DNA of 62,131 nt, counting the filler, from Basidiobolus ranarum (Eukaryota), in assembly GCA_040143965.1 (NCBI GenBank). It is 9 parts of 9 records of this genome, joined end to end, with 100 filler letters (N's around TTAATTAATTAA, not from the genome) between each part and the next. Parts side by side here need not be neighbours in the genome. Positions count along the whole stretch, not along the records: positions 6,930 to 13,755 come from JASJQH010001235.1; positions 13,856 to 20,679 come from JASJQH010001236.1; positions 20,780 to 27,598 come from JASJQH010001237.1; 6 more parts are not named here. One strand, 5' to 3'. This document shows positions 12,428 through 25,660 of this stretch, in pieces. Each line of letters begins with the position of its first letter. Position 1 is the stretch's first letter. Position numbers and translations under genes: made by a program. The notes below the pieces were generated by a model. It did not search any database. It was not told where the DNA came from and was given only the letters and a program-made list of their open reading frames with translations.

Positions 12428-13478
12428 GCACAATTCGATATTTACCAATAACACTCAACTGGCAATTGCTACTCTCCAGAAGCCGAGTGACAAATGGTTG
12501 TATCAAGCTCAATGACTTCTGTTTACAAGTATTAGTGGAAATGCGGCACAATAATTTAGAGCATTTCCACCTGTTCCACCTACCAATCCTCTTGATATTC
12601 TACAGAACTGACCCTTTATATATTAAGAATCACACCCCGATCTAATAATACGCAAATCCTTATTCGAATTTGTTTAACAATTAAACGTTTATTCTTGCTC
12701 AGGCAATCCTGATTTACCACTGACTGATATGGCCTTGAAGTCATGACTTCAAGGCCATCATAGCTTTTCCCTTCGTATACAAGATATGAGTGTATGTGCC
12801 TGGTTTTGTTAGAGAAGGGAGTTGTATAGCTTAAGGCTTGAAGAAGAGTTGAGCTACAGTTGATATAACTTACTATATGTGTATCGAAATTCCTCAGTGG
12901 CAGAACTCTCTTTAATTGATGACGTTCCCTAACTTGAGAGAAAGCCTTGATTGAAAAGCAGGTGCTTTATAGGGAAATTTAGTCAGAAATGTTGAATAAG
13001 GACTTCAAGGAGTGTGCTACGCTCAAATTGGCTATTTGGCAGTCGAGGGGGCCTTGGGGCCAACGGCAATTGTTGTAGCACACTAAATTGAGTTTTGGTA
13101 AAACTATGCAATATTGTAATACCTATCATAACTGCATTTGTTTACGTTTCTTTGGAAGTATACATTATATTGTAATTTTTGATGGTTTTACGAAATGCTA
13201 TTATTTACTGCTAAACCGCCAACCAATCTTGATTTTTGGTATGATTCACGTAAGACTGATTCGCATACACAAAGACTGAAATGTAATCCGTAATCAAATT
13301 ATGTTGCATTTCTTATTATTGTACTATACCAAGCAAATTCTCACAAGTTCTACGCATATCTGTTCGATACTCATAATCAATAAATCTATCAATGCAATCA
13401 TATAGATGCATATAGTAGATTGGCTGTTTTATGACGAGAATATTTGAAGTTTACAAGGAAACTGAACAAAGGAAAGAT

Positions 13479-13755
13479 ATGAATGGTGTGACAAACAGCA
13501 ATGAATCAAATAATGCGATTGAATTTTATTCACCGAAGAGTCTTTGGACACGTTTAAGCACAGAGTCCTTGGAAGGATCTAAAGGAGATAGGGTGAATTA
13601 AAGAGAGCTAGGTTGATATTTGTATGAATATTTAGCTTACCATAAGGTTGGTCCTTTGATACCAACAACTTATTAGTTACTTAACAAATAAATGTTGCTA
13701 AAATTAAAATTTGTATTTTTTTGCATTCTTAGATTTGCAATTCTTGGCACCGGGG
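13479..13755 (+). CDS. 5' part of a probable NAD(P)-binding oxidoreductase (Gfo/Idh/MocA-like), cut off by the contig end
   Basis: Exon 1 MNGVTNS...SKGDR|GTGAAT, an 11-nt exon CTTACCATAAG, then AG|ATTTGCAATTCTTGGCACCGGG. Together these give LTIRFAILGTG, a Rossmann beta1-GxG start. Confidence 0.5.
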
Positions 13756-13855
13756 NNNNNNNNNNNNNNNNNNNNNNNNNNNNNNNNNNNNNNNNNNNNT
13801 TAATTAATTAANNNNNNNNNNNNNNNNNNNNNNNNNNNNNNNNNNNNNNNNNNNN

Positions 13856-15143
13856 GGTTTGCTACAACCATAGCATAAACCTGGTTTCCTTCTTCTGTTA
13901 CCTTTGTACTTGCCAAAGCTACATTTTTCAGCTCCTAAAAGAGCCACTTCCTCAGATTCTTTTTCCAAATTCTTACTTCTGAGGAGCTGACCCATCAGCC
14001 TTGCTACATCAAACCCCATGGACAAATTGTCAGATCTTGCTTCCCAAGGTGTGACTAAGTTTGAACACTCTTCTGGTAGACTGCTTAGAAGAGTCATAAT
14101 GACATCTTCTTACTGTAAAGTTGCACCAATATTTTCCAGTTGTTTTGCCAAAGATCTCACATTTACAATATGAGAAGCCATGCTTTCAGACTTTTCCATC
14201 TTCATAGTGAAGAATTTTTGTCTGAGAAAGAGTCTACTAGCAAGACTCTTTGCTCCATAACACTCTTCCCATATAGTCCAAGCTTGATGGGAAGTCTTTA
14301 CATATTGAGTGTTCAAAAGCTGTGAATCCTTCAAACTTTGACAAATGACATTAAAGGCCTTCTTGTCTCTTTTCTTGTAAGCTTGCAATAAAGATGCCTC
14401 AGAAGGTTCCTTTTCATCTCCAATGACTACACCCCAAAGCTCTTTGTCTTCCTGCATGGTCTGCATGTTGAACCTCCACAAATTGTAATTTTCTCCATTA
14501 AGCTTTTTGACACTTGAGTTAATAAAAGTGGTAGTAGTGGTTTCTGTCATGCTTTAAAGGTTAGAACATGGGGGTCATAACTTATTGGCAATATATGGGC
14601 TGTTGGGAGGAACTTTAGAAAAGTGGAGTTGTGAATAGCTTTGTGAGATAATTATTTATTGTCCAGAAATAAAGCATTTATACATTTTGGTGGATATATA
14701 GAATACTAACACTGGGGTTGTGTTCAGAACATCTGTGGGAGTAAAATGGGCTATTTTTGGGGCAAATTGGATGAGTTTGAAATTTCCAATATGGAATTGC
14801 TAATTCTCACATCATTCACATATATATGATTTATGTTTGAATTTGCAGTTAAGTGATATTTGACAAAGCAATGGACTTGTTCACTGTGATAGTGCTAGAT
14901 TGTGCTGTATATATCATATTGGATAAAGTATTCTAAAATTTATGCAGCACAATTTGGCACTATTGAGCTCCCTCTGGCATGATCAATTTCAATCACACTT
15001 ACTTTAATATATTGATCCAAGGTCCAATAAATCCTGGCACAATGGTACAAGTCAAATGTTAACTAACTTATATGTGATAAATCAAATAGTCAGGTGTATA
15101 AAGATAGAGATTACAAACAGGATAAAGACAATAAACTTTAACA
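13856..15143 (-). mobile_element. Ty1/copia 5' end (family C): LTR 14583-15143, PBS, gag and start of zinc knuckle
   Basis: ORFs 14110..14550 and 13804..14097 are copia gag (KLNGENYNLWRF, LFLRQKFFTMKM, CYGCSK). Decayed PBS (plus-strand GGGGTCATAAC) at 14571-14581. The LTR aligns with 19651-20028. Confidence 0.88.
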
Positions 15144-17255
15144 CATTGTTAGAGAAAATCATTCATTTTCATCAAACAAACCATCCCTAGACTACATTAA
15201 CTTTGAAATTTTAGTATCCATCAGTCTGTAGGCTGTAGTTTCAGTACTTTGCTTATTGTTGGATAATTAATTGTTGTGCAACATCTGGGTTACCTTTAGT
15301 TACGATATATTTATCATCAACAGAGAGCAACATATCTATAGCCTGTCAAAATTAAGACCAAAGATTGGTCTAAATTTGATCCAAAAAGTAAGAACTGCAT
15401 ATTTCCAGGTTATTGTACCCAAACTAAGGCCAACAAACTGTATGACACCAAAATAACAAAGTTCATGAAGTCCAGGGATGGTTTGTTTGATGAAATTGAA
15501 TAATTTTCACCAAACCAAAATAATGAATAAAATGGAACTCCCATGGATCTTTCTATCAATGTTTTACACACTGAAGTGCCCAATATAGTGCCAGAAGTTG
15601 TAGTGCCTTTATTCCAAGCTTGGAGATCAAATCTGATCAGAAATAAGCAATTTCTGTTAAACATGAGTTTCTTATACACCAGATCTATGTTAAAGTAGCT
15701 TTTTTGAATGGTGAGCTTGCTGAGGAGATATATATAGACCTGCCAGATGGATTTGTGTACACAGACAACCCTAGCAAAGTTTTCAGACTCTGGAAAACAC
15801 TGTATGGTTTAAAACAACTTCCAAGAGCTTGGAGTGGCAAGATAGTTGCTATTTAGAAACACTCAAATTTTGAAAGAATAATGCTGACTGCAATATCTAC
15901 TTCTGGCTGGATAAGACAAACCCAGTGTTATTAGCCTTTTATGTAGATGAACTTACTGTAGCAACCAACAACTTGAAGACATTGGAGAAAACTAAATCTG
16001 TCTCATCTGCCAAATCAAAATGACTGATCTTGGTGAACTGATGTACTATCTTCAAATCCAGAATAAGGTAGATAGAACTACAAAAACAATAACTTTAAAC
16101 CAGTCTAAGTTTATCCTAGCTATACTAAAGAAGTTTAAAAGGAAGAATTTATTCCTCTATCTATCTCAATGGGGACAAATCTTAACTTGTCCAAAAATGG
16201 CTCAAATCAGATGTTTTTGTATTCAGATGAGAGCCAGAAATTTCCTTATCAATGTATGATTGGCAGTTTTACATATATCATGGTTGGAACATGTCCAGAT
16301 ATCTCATATTCTCTGGGAGTTCTGTGCCAATATCTGCAAAATTATGGATCTGAACCTAAGTGGATTTTCAGATATTTGAAAGATACTGTTAATCTAAGCT
16401 TAAAATAGACATATTCTAGATCAAACTTTGATCTGATGGGATACTCAGATGCAAATTGAGGAAGAGATTTCAGTGATAAATGTACTATAACTGTACGCAT
16501 ATTTCTTTGCTATAATGGAGCTGTTTCTATGAATTCAAAGAAACAATCTATAACATCACATTCAACAAAAAAGGAGAATACATAACTGCCTGTGAAGCAA
16601 CATTAGAAGTAATATGGTTAAGAGAACCCTTAACAGATTTAGGTTATACTAAAATTCACCAACTACACTATTTCATGATAAACAAAGTTGTCTCAAGTTA
16701 GCTAAAAATCTAATGTTAAGAAATATAAGCAAAGATATAGAAATTAGGCATCACTTCATCAGAGAGTTTATAGAGAATAAGTGTATTGAATTAACTTATA
16801 GTTCTACAGAAGACATGATTGCTGATGTATCAATCAAACCATTAGTAGACAGAAATTTGAGAATATAGATCTTCCTTACAATCGGTTTATAAACTATTTA
16901 GTTGAGGGAGAGTGCTGAAAGTGGCATTGCCTAAGTATCTATATAGTCATATGTAGCTTAGTACTTAGTTATCTTATTTTTCACCAAGATATTATCCATT
17001 ATTCACAATTAAAATTAACTTTGAATATTTTAATAACTTACAAGTTGTCAGATATATAGATTTTTCCAACTTGTGCTAGAAGCCATATAATTTGGCCACA
17101 TGTTCCTGGGACCTTCATGAGCACATTCTACACATTAGTTTGTTCATAGCTTGACAGAACTGTAAATGTCAACAAAATACTCAATTAATCAATAAGTGAA
17201 AACTACTCATTGCTTCAACTCTCCAAACCACTTCCAACAGGATCCCAAATATGCT
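15144..17255 (+). mobile_element. Ty1/copia 3' half: end of integrase, RT, RNase H, PPT and 3' LTR (family B, 16913 to about 17255)
   Basis: RT remnants AFLNGELAEEIY, LYGLKQ, FYVDE and MTDLGEL; RNase H remnants GYSDA and IEIRHHFIRE. PPT GAGGGAGAG directly precedes TGCTGAAA. The LTR is the reverse complement of the solo LTRs at 5584 and 31085. Confidence 0.9.
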
Positions 17256-17264
17256 ATGAAATAG

Positions 17265-19440
17265 CCTGTGACACAGGTTTCAGAGCCTAGTAATGTCTCT
17301 AGAATCAAGAACTGAAAACTGGACCTTAAATTTTGTATTTGGCAGACTTGTGGATGAAGATATACACAAATTGGTCCCAATCAAAAGAATCAAGAAAATA
17401 TTTTCATAGTCTATGCAAAATCTTACTATAAAGGTCAAATGCACTTCAAGAAGAAAAGTATCACATTTTATGATTACTGCAAAAGAATTGGCCATTTAAG
17501 CCAAGATTGCTTTAAAAGAAGTGCAAAACAAGAAAACATACTGAATTGGGAAGTGTGGTTTCAACAGAGAATCACTCGTTCCCATCTGCTCTATTTATAA
17601 CTACCAACAGGATTCTCTGACAAGGTATACTGATTCTTGAGCTTCCCAACATTTCACAAATGAAAAACATTTGTTTTTGGATTATAAAGGTAACCCATTT
17701 AGAAAGGTTTTCATGGGAGATGACAATACATTGGATGTCATTGGAATAGGAACAGTTCAAGTCAATTAACTAGAGCTTCTGAAGTGAAAGCATATACTTG
17801 TAAGAATGTACTACATATTTCAGATACTCTCAAGAATTTAATATCTGTATTCAAGGCATCTCAGAAGCACTAAAATTGCTTTTTGATAAGTCAGGATGCT
17901 TGCAACTAATCAAAATGGGAATTATTGAGCTTGAGGAGAAAAGGGTCCGAACATATATAAACTCACTTCTGATCAAAGAGGTTTATGTGTAAATATAAGT
18001 TATTCAGATCAAGAAAGTATTCAATTATGTCATAAGAGATTTAGCCATATGGGACTTGATTATTTGAGCAAAATGATCAAAAATTGCTTAATTTCAAGAA
18101 TTCAAATTAACTCCATAACTAAAATGGAAATTTGTAAGCATTTTATATATTGGAAATGAGCCTGACAACTGTTCAAGAGCTCTGGTTCAGTCAATTTTGT
18201 CACAAAATTGGATCTAACTTGCTCATATTTGTGTGGATCTATGCAAGATTGATCTCTAGGGGAAAAATTATGTAATCACATTGATTGATGATTATGCAAG
18301 ATACACATGGGTCTACTTTTTGGGAGGGCAAAGAAGAAGCTCCCTCTATCTTTAGAGATTTAAAACACTTGTGGAGACTGAAACTGGAACTTAAATCAAA
18401 AATACATACTAAAAATGGTGGAGAATATACTTTAACAGTAGTTAATCACTTTGGCAAAGTTCAAGGAATTAAGCAAGAAACTATTGCCCCCTATTAACCT
18501 GAACAAATGGCGTTGCTGAAAGAGCTAATGGGTCTATCATAGAAATGGCAAGATTTACAATAAATGCCCAAATTTTATCTCATAAATTTGGATGGAATTG
18601 GTTGCTTCAGCTGTATATCTCAGAATAGGAGGATTACTAGAATTCTGTCTAACTCACACCATATCAAGCTTGGCTTGGAGTTAAACCTGCCATAAACCAT
18701 TCAATGATCATTGGATACATTGCTTATGTCAAAATTGGGACCAAATACTGGTCTAAATTTTATCCAAACCACAAGAAATGCATATATCTGGATTGTTGCA
18801 CTCAAACTAAGGAATACAGACTCTAATACCAAATTTGAAAAGTTAATCAAGTCACAGGATGTTTTGATGACTGAGGATGAGATTTATTCATCTGAAATGT
18901 TTATAGATGATGACAAAAAGCAATTTTCTCCTGTTTGAATTATTCAAATTGATTCAAACCAACACAATGAACAAACCAGAGATCCTGTGGACCTTTCAAC
19001 CAAACCTCTGCCTACTGAAATGACTAATAGAATTCCAGAACCTGCAGTACCTTTATTGCAAACCAGGAGATCAAGTTGGGTCAGAAATAGCTACGATTAC
19101 AATACAATGAGTCCCAAGATGATGCCTATCTAAGCTCAAATACATGCACCCCAGACTGTAAAAGAGGCCCCAAATTGCCATCACACTAAATTGTGGTGTT
19201 TTGCAACAGTTCATGAGCACCAGGCTTTGCTTAATGATCAAACTAAGATTTTAACCAACCTATCCAATGACAGCAAATCAATTGGCTGCCAATGGGTGTT
19301 TATAGTTAAATACAACTCTGATGGCAACATAGAAAGGTACAGGGCTTGACTAGTAGGCAAGGGCCATTCCCAAACACCAGGAATATATTATACAGAAGCT
19401 TTTACTCCTGTATAGAATTTATTTCAATGAGATTAATTCA
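17265..19440 (+). mobile_element. Degenerate Ty1/copia internal region (gag end, zinc knuckle, integrase, start of RT)
   Basis: Remnants SLESRTEN, YCKRIGHLSQDC, LIDDYARYTW, GGEY, GVAERAN and IGCQWVF, with many stops. Confidence 0.85.
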
Positions 19441-19650
19441 ACCAACCCTAACAAAAATTAAATCAATTTGATTGAATTGGATCCATCTTTCTGGATCTCA
19501 AAACCATCAGAGAACCATCACAAAATTGGTGGCTTACATTCTGCCTGGAATTTTTATGGTGAGATGGTGTCTTCTTGATGGAATTTTGATGTAATCCAGC
19601 CAAAATATTTCCAACTTATAGTCAACAAATGTCTTGCCACAAGTAGATAT

Positions 19651-20679
19651 AATTAGGAAAATATGAGTTGTTTGGAGGAACTTTAGAAAAGAGCAGTTGT
19701 GAATAGCTTTGTGTGATAATTATTAATTGTCCAGATATGAAGCATTTATCTATTTTGGCAGAAATACAGAAACCTAACACTGGGGTTGTGTTCAGAATAT
19801 CTGTGGGAGTAAAATGAGCTATCTTTATGGCAATTTGGATGATTTTGAAATTTTCAATATGGAATTGCTAATACTCACATTATTCACATATATATATAAT
19901 ATATGTTCCAATTTGCAGTCAAGTGATATTTGACTAAGTATTCTTAACTAAGTTAGATGTGATATATAAAATAGTTGGGTGTATAAGCATAGAGATAACA
20001 AATATGATTAATACAATAAACTTCAACACTCCCACTCAACTATATATTCATGTATCTTTATGCTAACTTAAATCTTAATTCTTCAAATTTTGGCTTGGGT
20101 AATGGTTTGGTATGGATGTCAGCAATCATGTCCTCAGTTGGACAGTACTGTAATTGGACATGCTTATTCTCATAAGCTTCCCCAACAAAGTGATGTTGAA
20201 TATCAATGTGCTTACTTCTAGCATGAAATTTGTGGTTTTCAGCTAAAGAAATGAAACTTTGATTATCCTTGAAAATTATGATGGATGAGCTTTGAAAATG
20301 CCCAATTCTTCAAAAAGTTTCCTTACTCACATAGCCTCCTTTGTTGTATGTGATGCTGCCATGTACTCAGTATCAGTTGTTGAAAATGCTATGGTGGGTT
20401 GTTTCTTGCTATTTCAAGATATGGCTGCTTCACTATCATGAGAGGTATATCCAGTGATAGATCTTCTGTCTTCACTATCACATCCACAATCTCCATCACT
20501 GAACCCAAATAGATCTTTATTCTCATAAGAATATGTGTATCTTGATCCCAGATCAATTGTCCCCTTCACATATCTGAAAATCTGCTTAACTGCAGCATAA
20601 TGCTCAGATCCTAAGTTTTGGCCATGTTGGCTAACTACTCCCACTGCAAAAATTATATCTGGCCAGGTTCTAGTCATAG
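19651..20679 (-). mobile_element. Ty1/copia 3' end (family C): end of RT, RNase H, PPT and 3' LTR 19651-20028
   Basis: ORF 20414..20677 reads TWPDIIFAV, FSDGDCG and RRSITGY; SKHIDIQHHFV follows. PPT GAGTGGGAG on the minus strand abuts TGTTGAAG at 20028. Confidence 0.9.
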
Positions 20680-20779
20680 NNNNNNNNNNNNNNNNNNNNN
20701 NNNNNNNNNNNNNNNNNNNNNNNTTAATTAATTAANNNNNNNNNNNNNNNNNNNNNNNNNNNNNNNNNNNNNNNNNNNN

Positions 20780-21002
20780 CTATGTAAATGCAGACACGTT
20801 GGTAAGAGTAGTAGTAGACATTCCTTTGACAGCTAGCTTGGGGCTCATAACCTGATAAAAATGTTTAGGAGATTTGGAGGTGTTTTGGACAAGATTTGAT
20901 TTTGTGAATTTGACACTTAAGTGTTACTGAATTGAATATGTCCTATTAATAGCTTACTTTGAAATAGGACTATGGACTTGCTTAGATCAAAACCAGCATG
21001 CC
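20780..21002 (-). mobile_element. Family A copia 5' LTR part, PBS and gag start
   Basis: Aligns to about 2410-2632; plus-strand GGGGCTCATAACC at 20840-20852 followed by TGATAAAA. Confidence 0.8.
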
Positions 21003-21202
21003 TGTCAAGTATGGGTGAAAATATGAGGTGATTTGGAGAAGTCTTGAGAAAATAATGAAAATTGGTAAAAGTGATCTATTTGAAATTTCTGTCAATTAGA
21101 GCAATACACAGACATTTTGATTGGCAGAATTGAGTGCTAAAAAATCAGAATATGAACAAACTAGGTACTAAATAATGAGTTGCTAATTACCTAATTTCAA
21201 CA
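21003..21202. repeat. 200-bp LTR-like element (TG...CA)
   Basis: Termini TGTCAAG and ATTTCAACA; no clean TSD (ATGCC versus ATATT). Confidence 0.5.
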
Positions 21203-23580
21203 ATATTCAGTTCAATAATACCTAAGTGTCTAATTTGTAAATCCTCATCTTGTCAAAAGTACTTCCAAGTCTCCTAAACACTTTTATCAAGTAATGAACC
21301 CAGAGCTAGTAGGTAAAGGAATGTCTTCCATTACTTTTACTAATGCTTTTGATCCATAGAGAAGTTTGATGTTGAAGATTTTGACCTTTAGAAGTTCAAC
21401 ATGCAAATGGTGCTAGAAGACAAGGACCTTGGGGATTTTTTACAGGAGAAGAAAAAGAGCCAAAGGGACCACTAGAAGCTAACCTTTGCTTAAATAAGAA
21501 GCAGAGGAAAGAACTCTCCAGACTTTGTCTACATCTCAGACACTCTCAAATGAGTAACATACACTCAGCCAAAAATGTACCTTTGGGGCTTTTTTACACA
21601 AGAAGAAATAGTGCTAACAAGGCCACCACAAGCTATCCTTGCCACTAACACAAAGCAGAGGAAAGCACTCTCTACAGTTGTGTACGTCTGAGAGACTTTT
21701 CATTGAGGCACATACAAGCAGCCAAAAAGTCCAAACTGCTTGGCTAACATTGGAGGGACTATGTGAGACTAAGAGTCTGGCTAATAGGCTATATCTTAGG
21801 TGACAACTTTTCTCAATTCAGAAGAATTCTGATGAATCCATGCTTAATCATATAAATCAGATAAAAACTATAGAACAGCTCTCATCCATGGGAGCACCTC
21901 TATATGGAGATGACTTAGTCATGAGAGTACTTGGGGGCCTGCAGACAAGTGTGGAAACCTTGTAATTGCCCTTCAATCAAGATCACAGCCACTAAAATGA
22001 AGTATGTTGTCAATATGCTTTTGAATGAGCAATTAAGGAGTTCTAATTCTCTTCAACAAAATGCAGATCAGGCTTTTTCTGGAGCTGTAATATGTCTAAC
22101 AGGCATGAAGAGTGGTGCCCCTAGTAGGAAATCAAGAATCTACTCTTAGTAGGCCAAGCAACAACTGAAGGACAAATATTTGTGTTCAGCAAGGCTGGAT
22201 TCACTATCACCAGTCAGAATAGTACTAAATTAGCTACTTGGATAAAAACTCACAACTTATACAATCTAGATATCAACAAATTGCATTCTAAGCTTGCAAA
22301 TGTGGCTAACACCAGTTATATTAAACTGTCAAACATGGGTATAGAAGATCAGGCTACATTGGGGAACAGAAACCAACCCACATGATCTGGAATCGGCTTG
22401 TTTCAGGCTTAGAATTTGAAAATAACACAAAATTTTACTACTGTACCTTATACTCCACTGCAAAATGGAGTTGCAGAAAGTGCTAATAGGACCATAGTGG
22501 AGATGTCAGGATCAATGTTCCATGATCAAAAGCTAGATAGCCAATATTGGGCTGAATCTGTCTTCACTGCAGTCTAAAGCAAAAACAGATGCCCAGCAAG
22601 ATTGCTACAAAATGCTACTACATTTGAAGCCCTATATGATTCAAAACCAAGTGTGGATCATCTCAGAATCCTTGGTTTCACAGTGTATTGCCTGTTTTGC
22701 ACAAAATTTCTCTAAATTGAAAATCATTTGCAGAAAATGCACGTTTTTTGGTTACTGTGTTGGATCAGAACCTTCAGACTGTTTGATACCAAAAATCCAG
22801 TTCTTGAACCAAAAGACACAAGAAGCACAATTCAGGAAGTGTCTGGCAAAATTCTAGCTGTAACTGAGCCCTATTCAACCACAACTCCAGCCCTAATTAC
22901 ATCAGAGGATGACTCAGGACCTAAAAGATCATGCAGAAGGAGGAATATGCCAGGGAACTGGTAGAGCATCACTCACAATGATTTCTATGCTAAAGCAGCA
23001 TTTGCTAACAAGATATTGACTTAAGATTGAGCTCTGCAGTATCCAAAATAGAAATCATAGGAATATTCAATGTCTGATAAGTTTTCTTCACTTCCGGACA
23101 GTAAAACATGGGCTTCAAGTCTTGTACCTTCAGAGAGAAAGCCAATTAGTTGCAAATGGGTCTACAAAGTTCAAAAACCAAGCTGATGGTACAATAAAAG
23201 GGTGCAGAGCAAGATTATCTATGCCAGGTTTTCCCAGACTTCCAGAGTTAATTTACAGAAATGTCTGGTCCAACAGTTAAGTTGAGCAGCATTAGATCAA
23301 ACATGGCATTCTCAGCCATCCATAACCTGGATCTATATTAAATGGATTTTGACTTACATATAATGAATATAAAACAGCCTTTCTGAATGGAAATCTAGAA
23401 GAAGAGATCCATTTGGAGCAACTAAATGTATTTGTGGACTAAAAACATGTTCATTGGGCCTGAAAGCTGCTAAAATTTCTATATGGCCTCAGCCAAGCAC
23501 CCTGGGCATGTTTTGACATGATAGATACATATTAGGAATCACTGGTATTTCAAATATGTTCAGCTGAGCACAGTAGATTT
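21203..23580 (+). mobile_element. Family A copia, internally deleted: LTR end, decayed PBS, gag, integrase, RT
   Basis: LTR end TTTTATCA followed by AGTAATGAACCC; MQMVLEDKDL, QNGVAESANRTIVEM, PISCKWVYK and TAFLNGNLEEEI remnants. Confidence 0.85.
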
Positions 23581-24329
23581 TGGAATATTTGGCTCTTTCC
23601 CACCCCCAATTATACCCAATCTTCTATGCCATGTTTGACTACTTTTTTCCCCAGTCTTGTCTAGTTGGCATTGCCAGAACTTGGTAGCATGTATAAATTT
23701 TAAGTTTTGATTCCAGTAACCAATTGGGTCTTATTCTGATCCATAGTGTTGTATCCAGCCCTGTATACACATATTTTAGACCTTGAGATGATGCTTAGCT
23801 CACTGGTAGCATATTTCCGGTTATATTTGCAACATATAGTGGATCATCCAATTGTGCAGATGCCCATGACAGCTGCATCTGTTATATAGCCACCTCCTAA
23901 GTAGAAACTGAAAAACCAATATTTCTGGTTTGATATATGCTGAGAAGATCCTGAAGCAATGTACCATACTGCTGAGTACTCATCAGTGTTTATTGATAGG
24001 CCAGACACAAACAGATGGTTCCTATCAGTACCTACTTGAGAATGCTTGTACTAATATCAAATTTTGGGCAAAAATCCTTTCTGTGCAATCTTTAATGATA
24101 TGGGCTGGTTACTTGTAATACTTGCTAATGAGCAACTTACTATATATTACAGACATTGTTATTGCAGCCTGTTTCATAGTTTATAGCTCCAAAAATGCTT
24201 AATCTGCATTATTTTACTGAGAGTAACATCTTCCTGATTCTTATTCAAAAGCCTATCAATAATATATTACATTTTTAATGGCTTTTCTCATGATCCTAGG
24301 GTAAATATTAGGTTTGCAGACTTGTCTGT

Positions 24330-25660
24330 CAAACCTTGTGGCAATCTTGTTGGGCATCTGTTTTTGATATAGAATGCAGAGGAGACAGATTCAGCCCAAT
24401 GTTTGTAATCTAACTTTTACTCATGTAACATTGAGCTTGCCTTGTGCACCATGGCTCTATTAGCACTTTTTGCAACTCCAATTTGCTTTGGAGTATAAGG
24501 TAGAGTGATTTGTTGCTTGACTACATGTTTAGAGCAAAAACTAGCAAAGTTGTTAGAGCAGTATTCCCACCATTATCTCTCCTTGGTACCCTTTTTTTTT
24601 GTGCTGACTCTTTCTGAAACAAAGCTTTGTAGTTCTTGAATGAAGTTAAGGGTTCAGAATTTGGTTTGAGAAAGAATACCTAAATATATCTTGCATTGTC
24701 ATCAATAAAGGTCATAAAAAACTTTTTGCAACCTAGTGAGATGTTCTTTGTGGGCCTGCATAGTTTGGAATGTGTCAAGGCAGGATTCTTAATGGATTTG
24801 ATCTCTCCAGAGGTTGAAAATGGGTGATTGTGATGTTTTGCATATATGCAACCTTCACTCAGATTCAATTTGGTGATTTTTTCCACTTCCAAGCCTAAAA
24901 CAAGCTGTTTTGGAGCATTTAGGTCAGTCTTTGTTCCCTAATGGGGCCTAATCATCTGTACCATATTTGACTACTTACTTCACTAGTTTTTTGGCCAAGT
25001 TTTCATGCTCAGAATGCAATTTAATGATTTCCAGCTTGTATAAATTTTGGCCTTTAGACCCAGTAGCTAATTTGGTATTAATCAGATCTGTGATAGTGCA
25101 TCCAGCCATGCTGAACACAAAATTTAGTTCTTGAGCAGTTGCTTTGCTTATTGGGAGTAGATTCTTGACTCTATTCTACACGTATAATATATGGTCCAAT
25201 TTTGCAGATGATGAAGCTGAATTTAGGTCTAAATGAGCACAACTGTAGCCTCACCAGCTTCATCTAGTGTATAGTCTTCACCTAATAGAGTTTCCTTCTA
25301 TGGATGGGTTCAAGCTGGAAAACCAATCTTTCTTGTTTGACATGTGCTGGGAAGCTCCTGAATCAATGTACTATGTTTCAGAGTCTTCCTTACTGGCAAC
25401 TGATACAGCATACACATAGAGATGATCCCTATCAGTGCTTACTTGATTTGCTTGTTCTGATTTTAGCTTTTTAGCAAAATTCCTTTTTTTGCAATCTTTT
25501 ATTATAAAGCCTGGTTTCTTGCAATACATGCAGATGACTGATTTCCTAGTAGGGGCACCATTGTTAAAGCCTGTTGGATGTTTCACAGCTCCAAGAAAAG
25601 CCTGATCTGCATTATTTTGTCAAGAATTAAATCTCCTTAATTCCTGATTCCAAAGCCTAG
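24330..25660 (-). mobile_element. Family A copia fragment (zinc knuckle, protease, integrase)
   Basis: ORFs 25371..25586 (CMYCKKPGFIIKDC) and 24680..24892 (FMTFIDDNARY); colinear with about 900-2210. Confidence 0.85.

Noticed and set aside
12050..12454. 134-aa minus-strand ORF
   Set aside because: Overlaps the spliced plus-strand Sld7/MTBP-like exons and has no motif of its own.
17275..17290. AGGTTTCAGAGCC, resembling a TGGTATCAGAGC tRNA-Met PBS
   Set aside because: It lies inside gag coding sequence (FQSLVMSLESRTEN), not at an LTR boundary.
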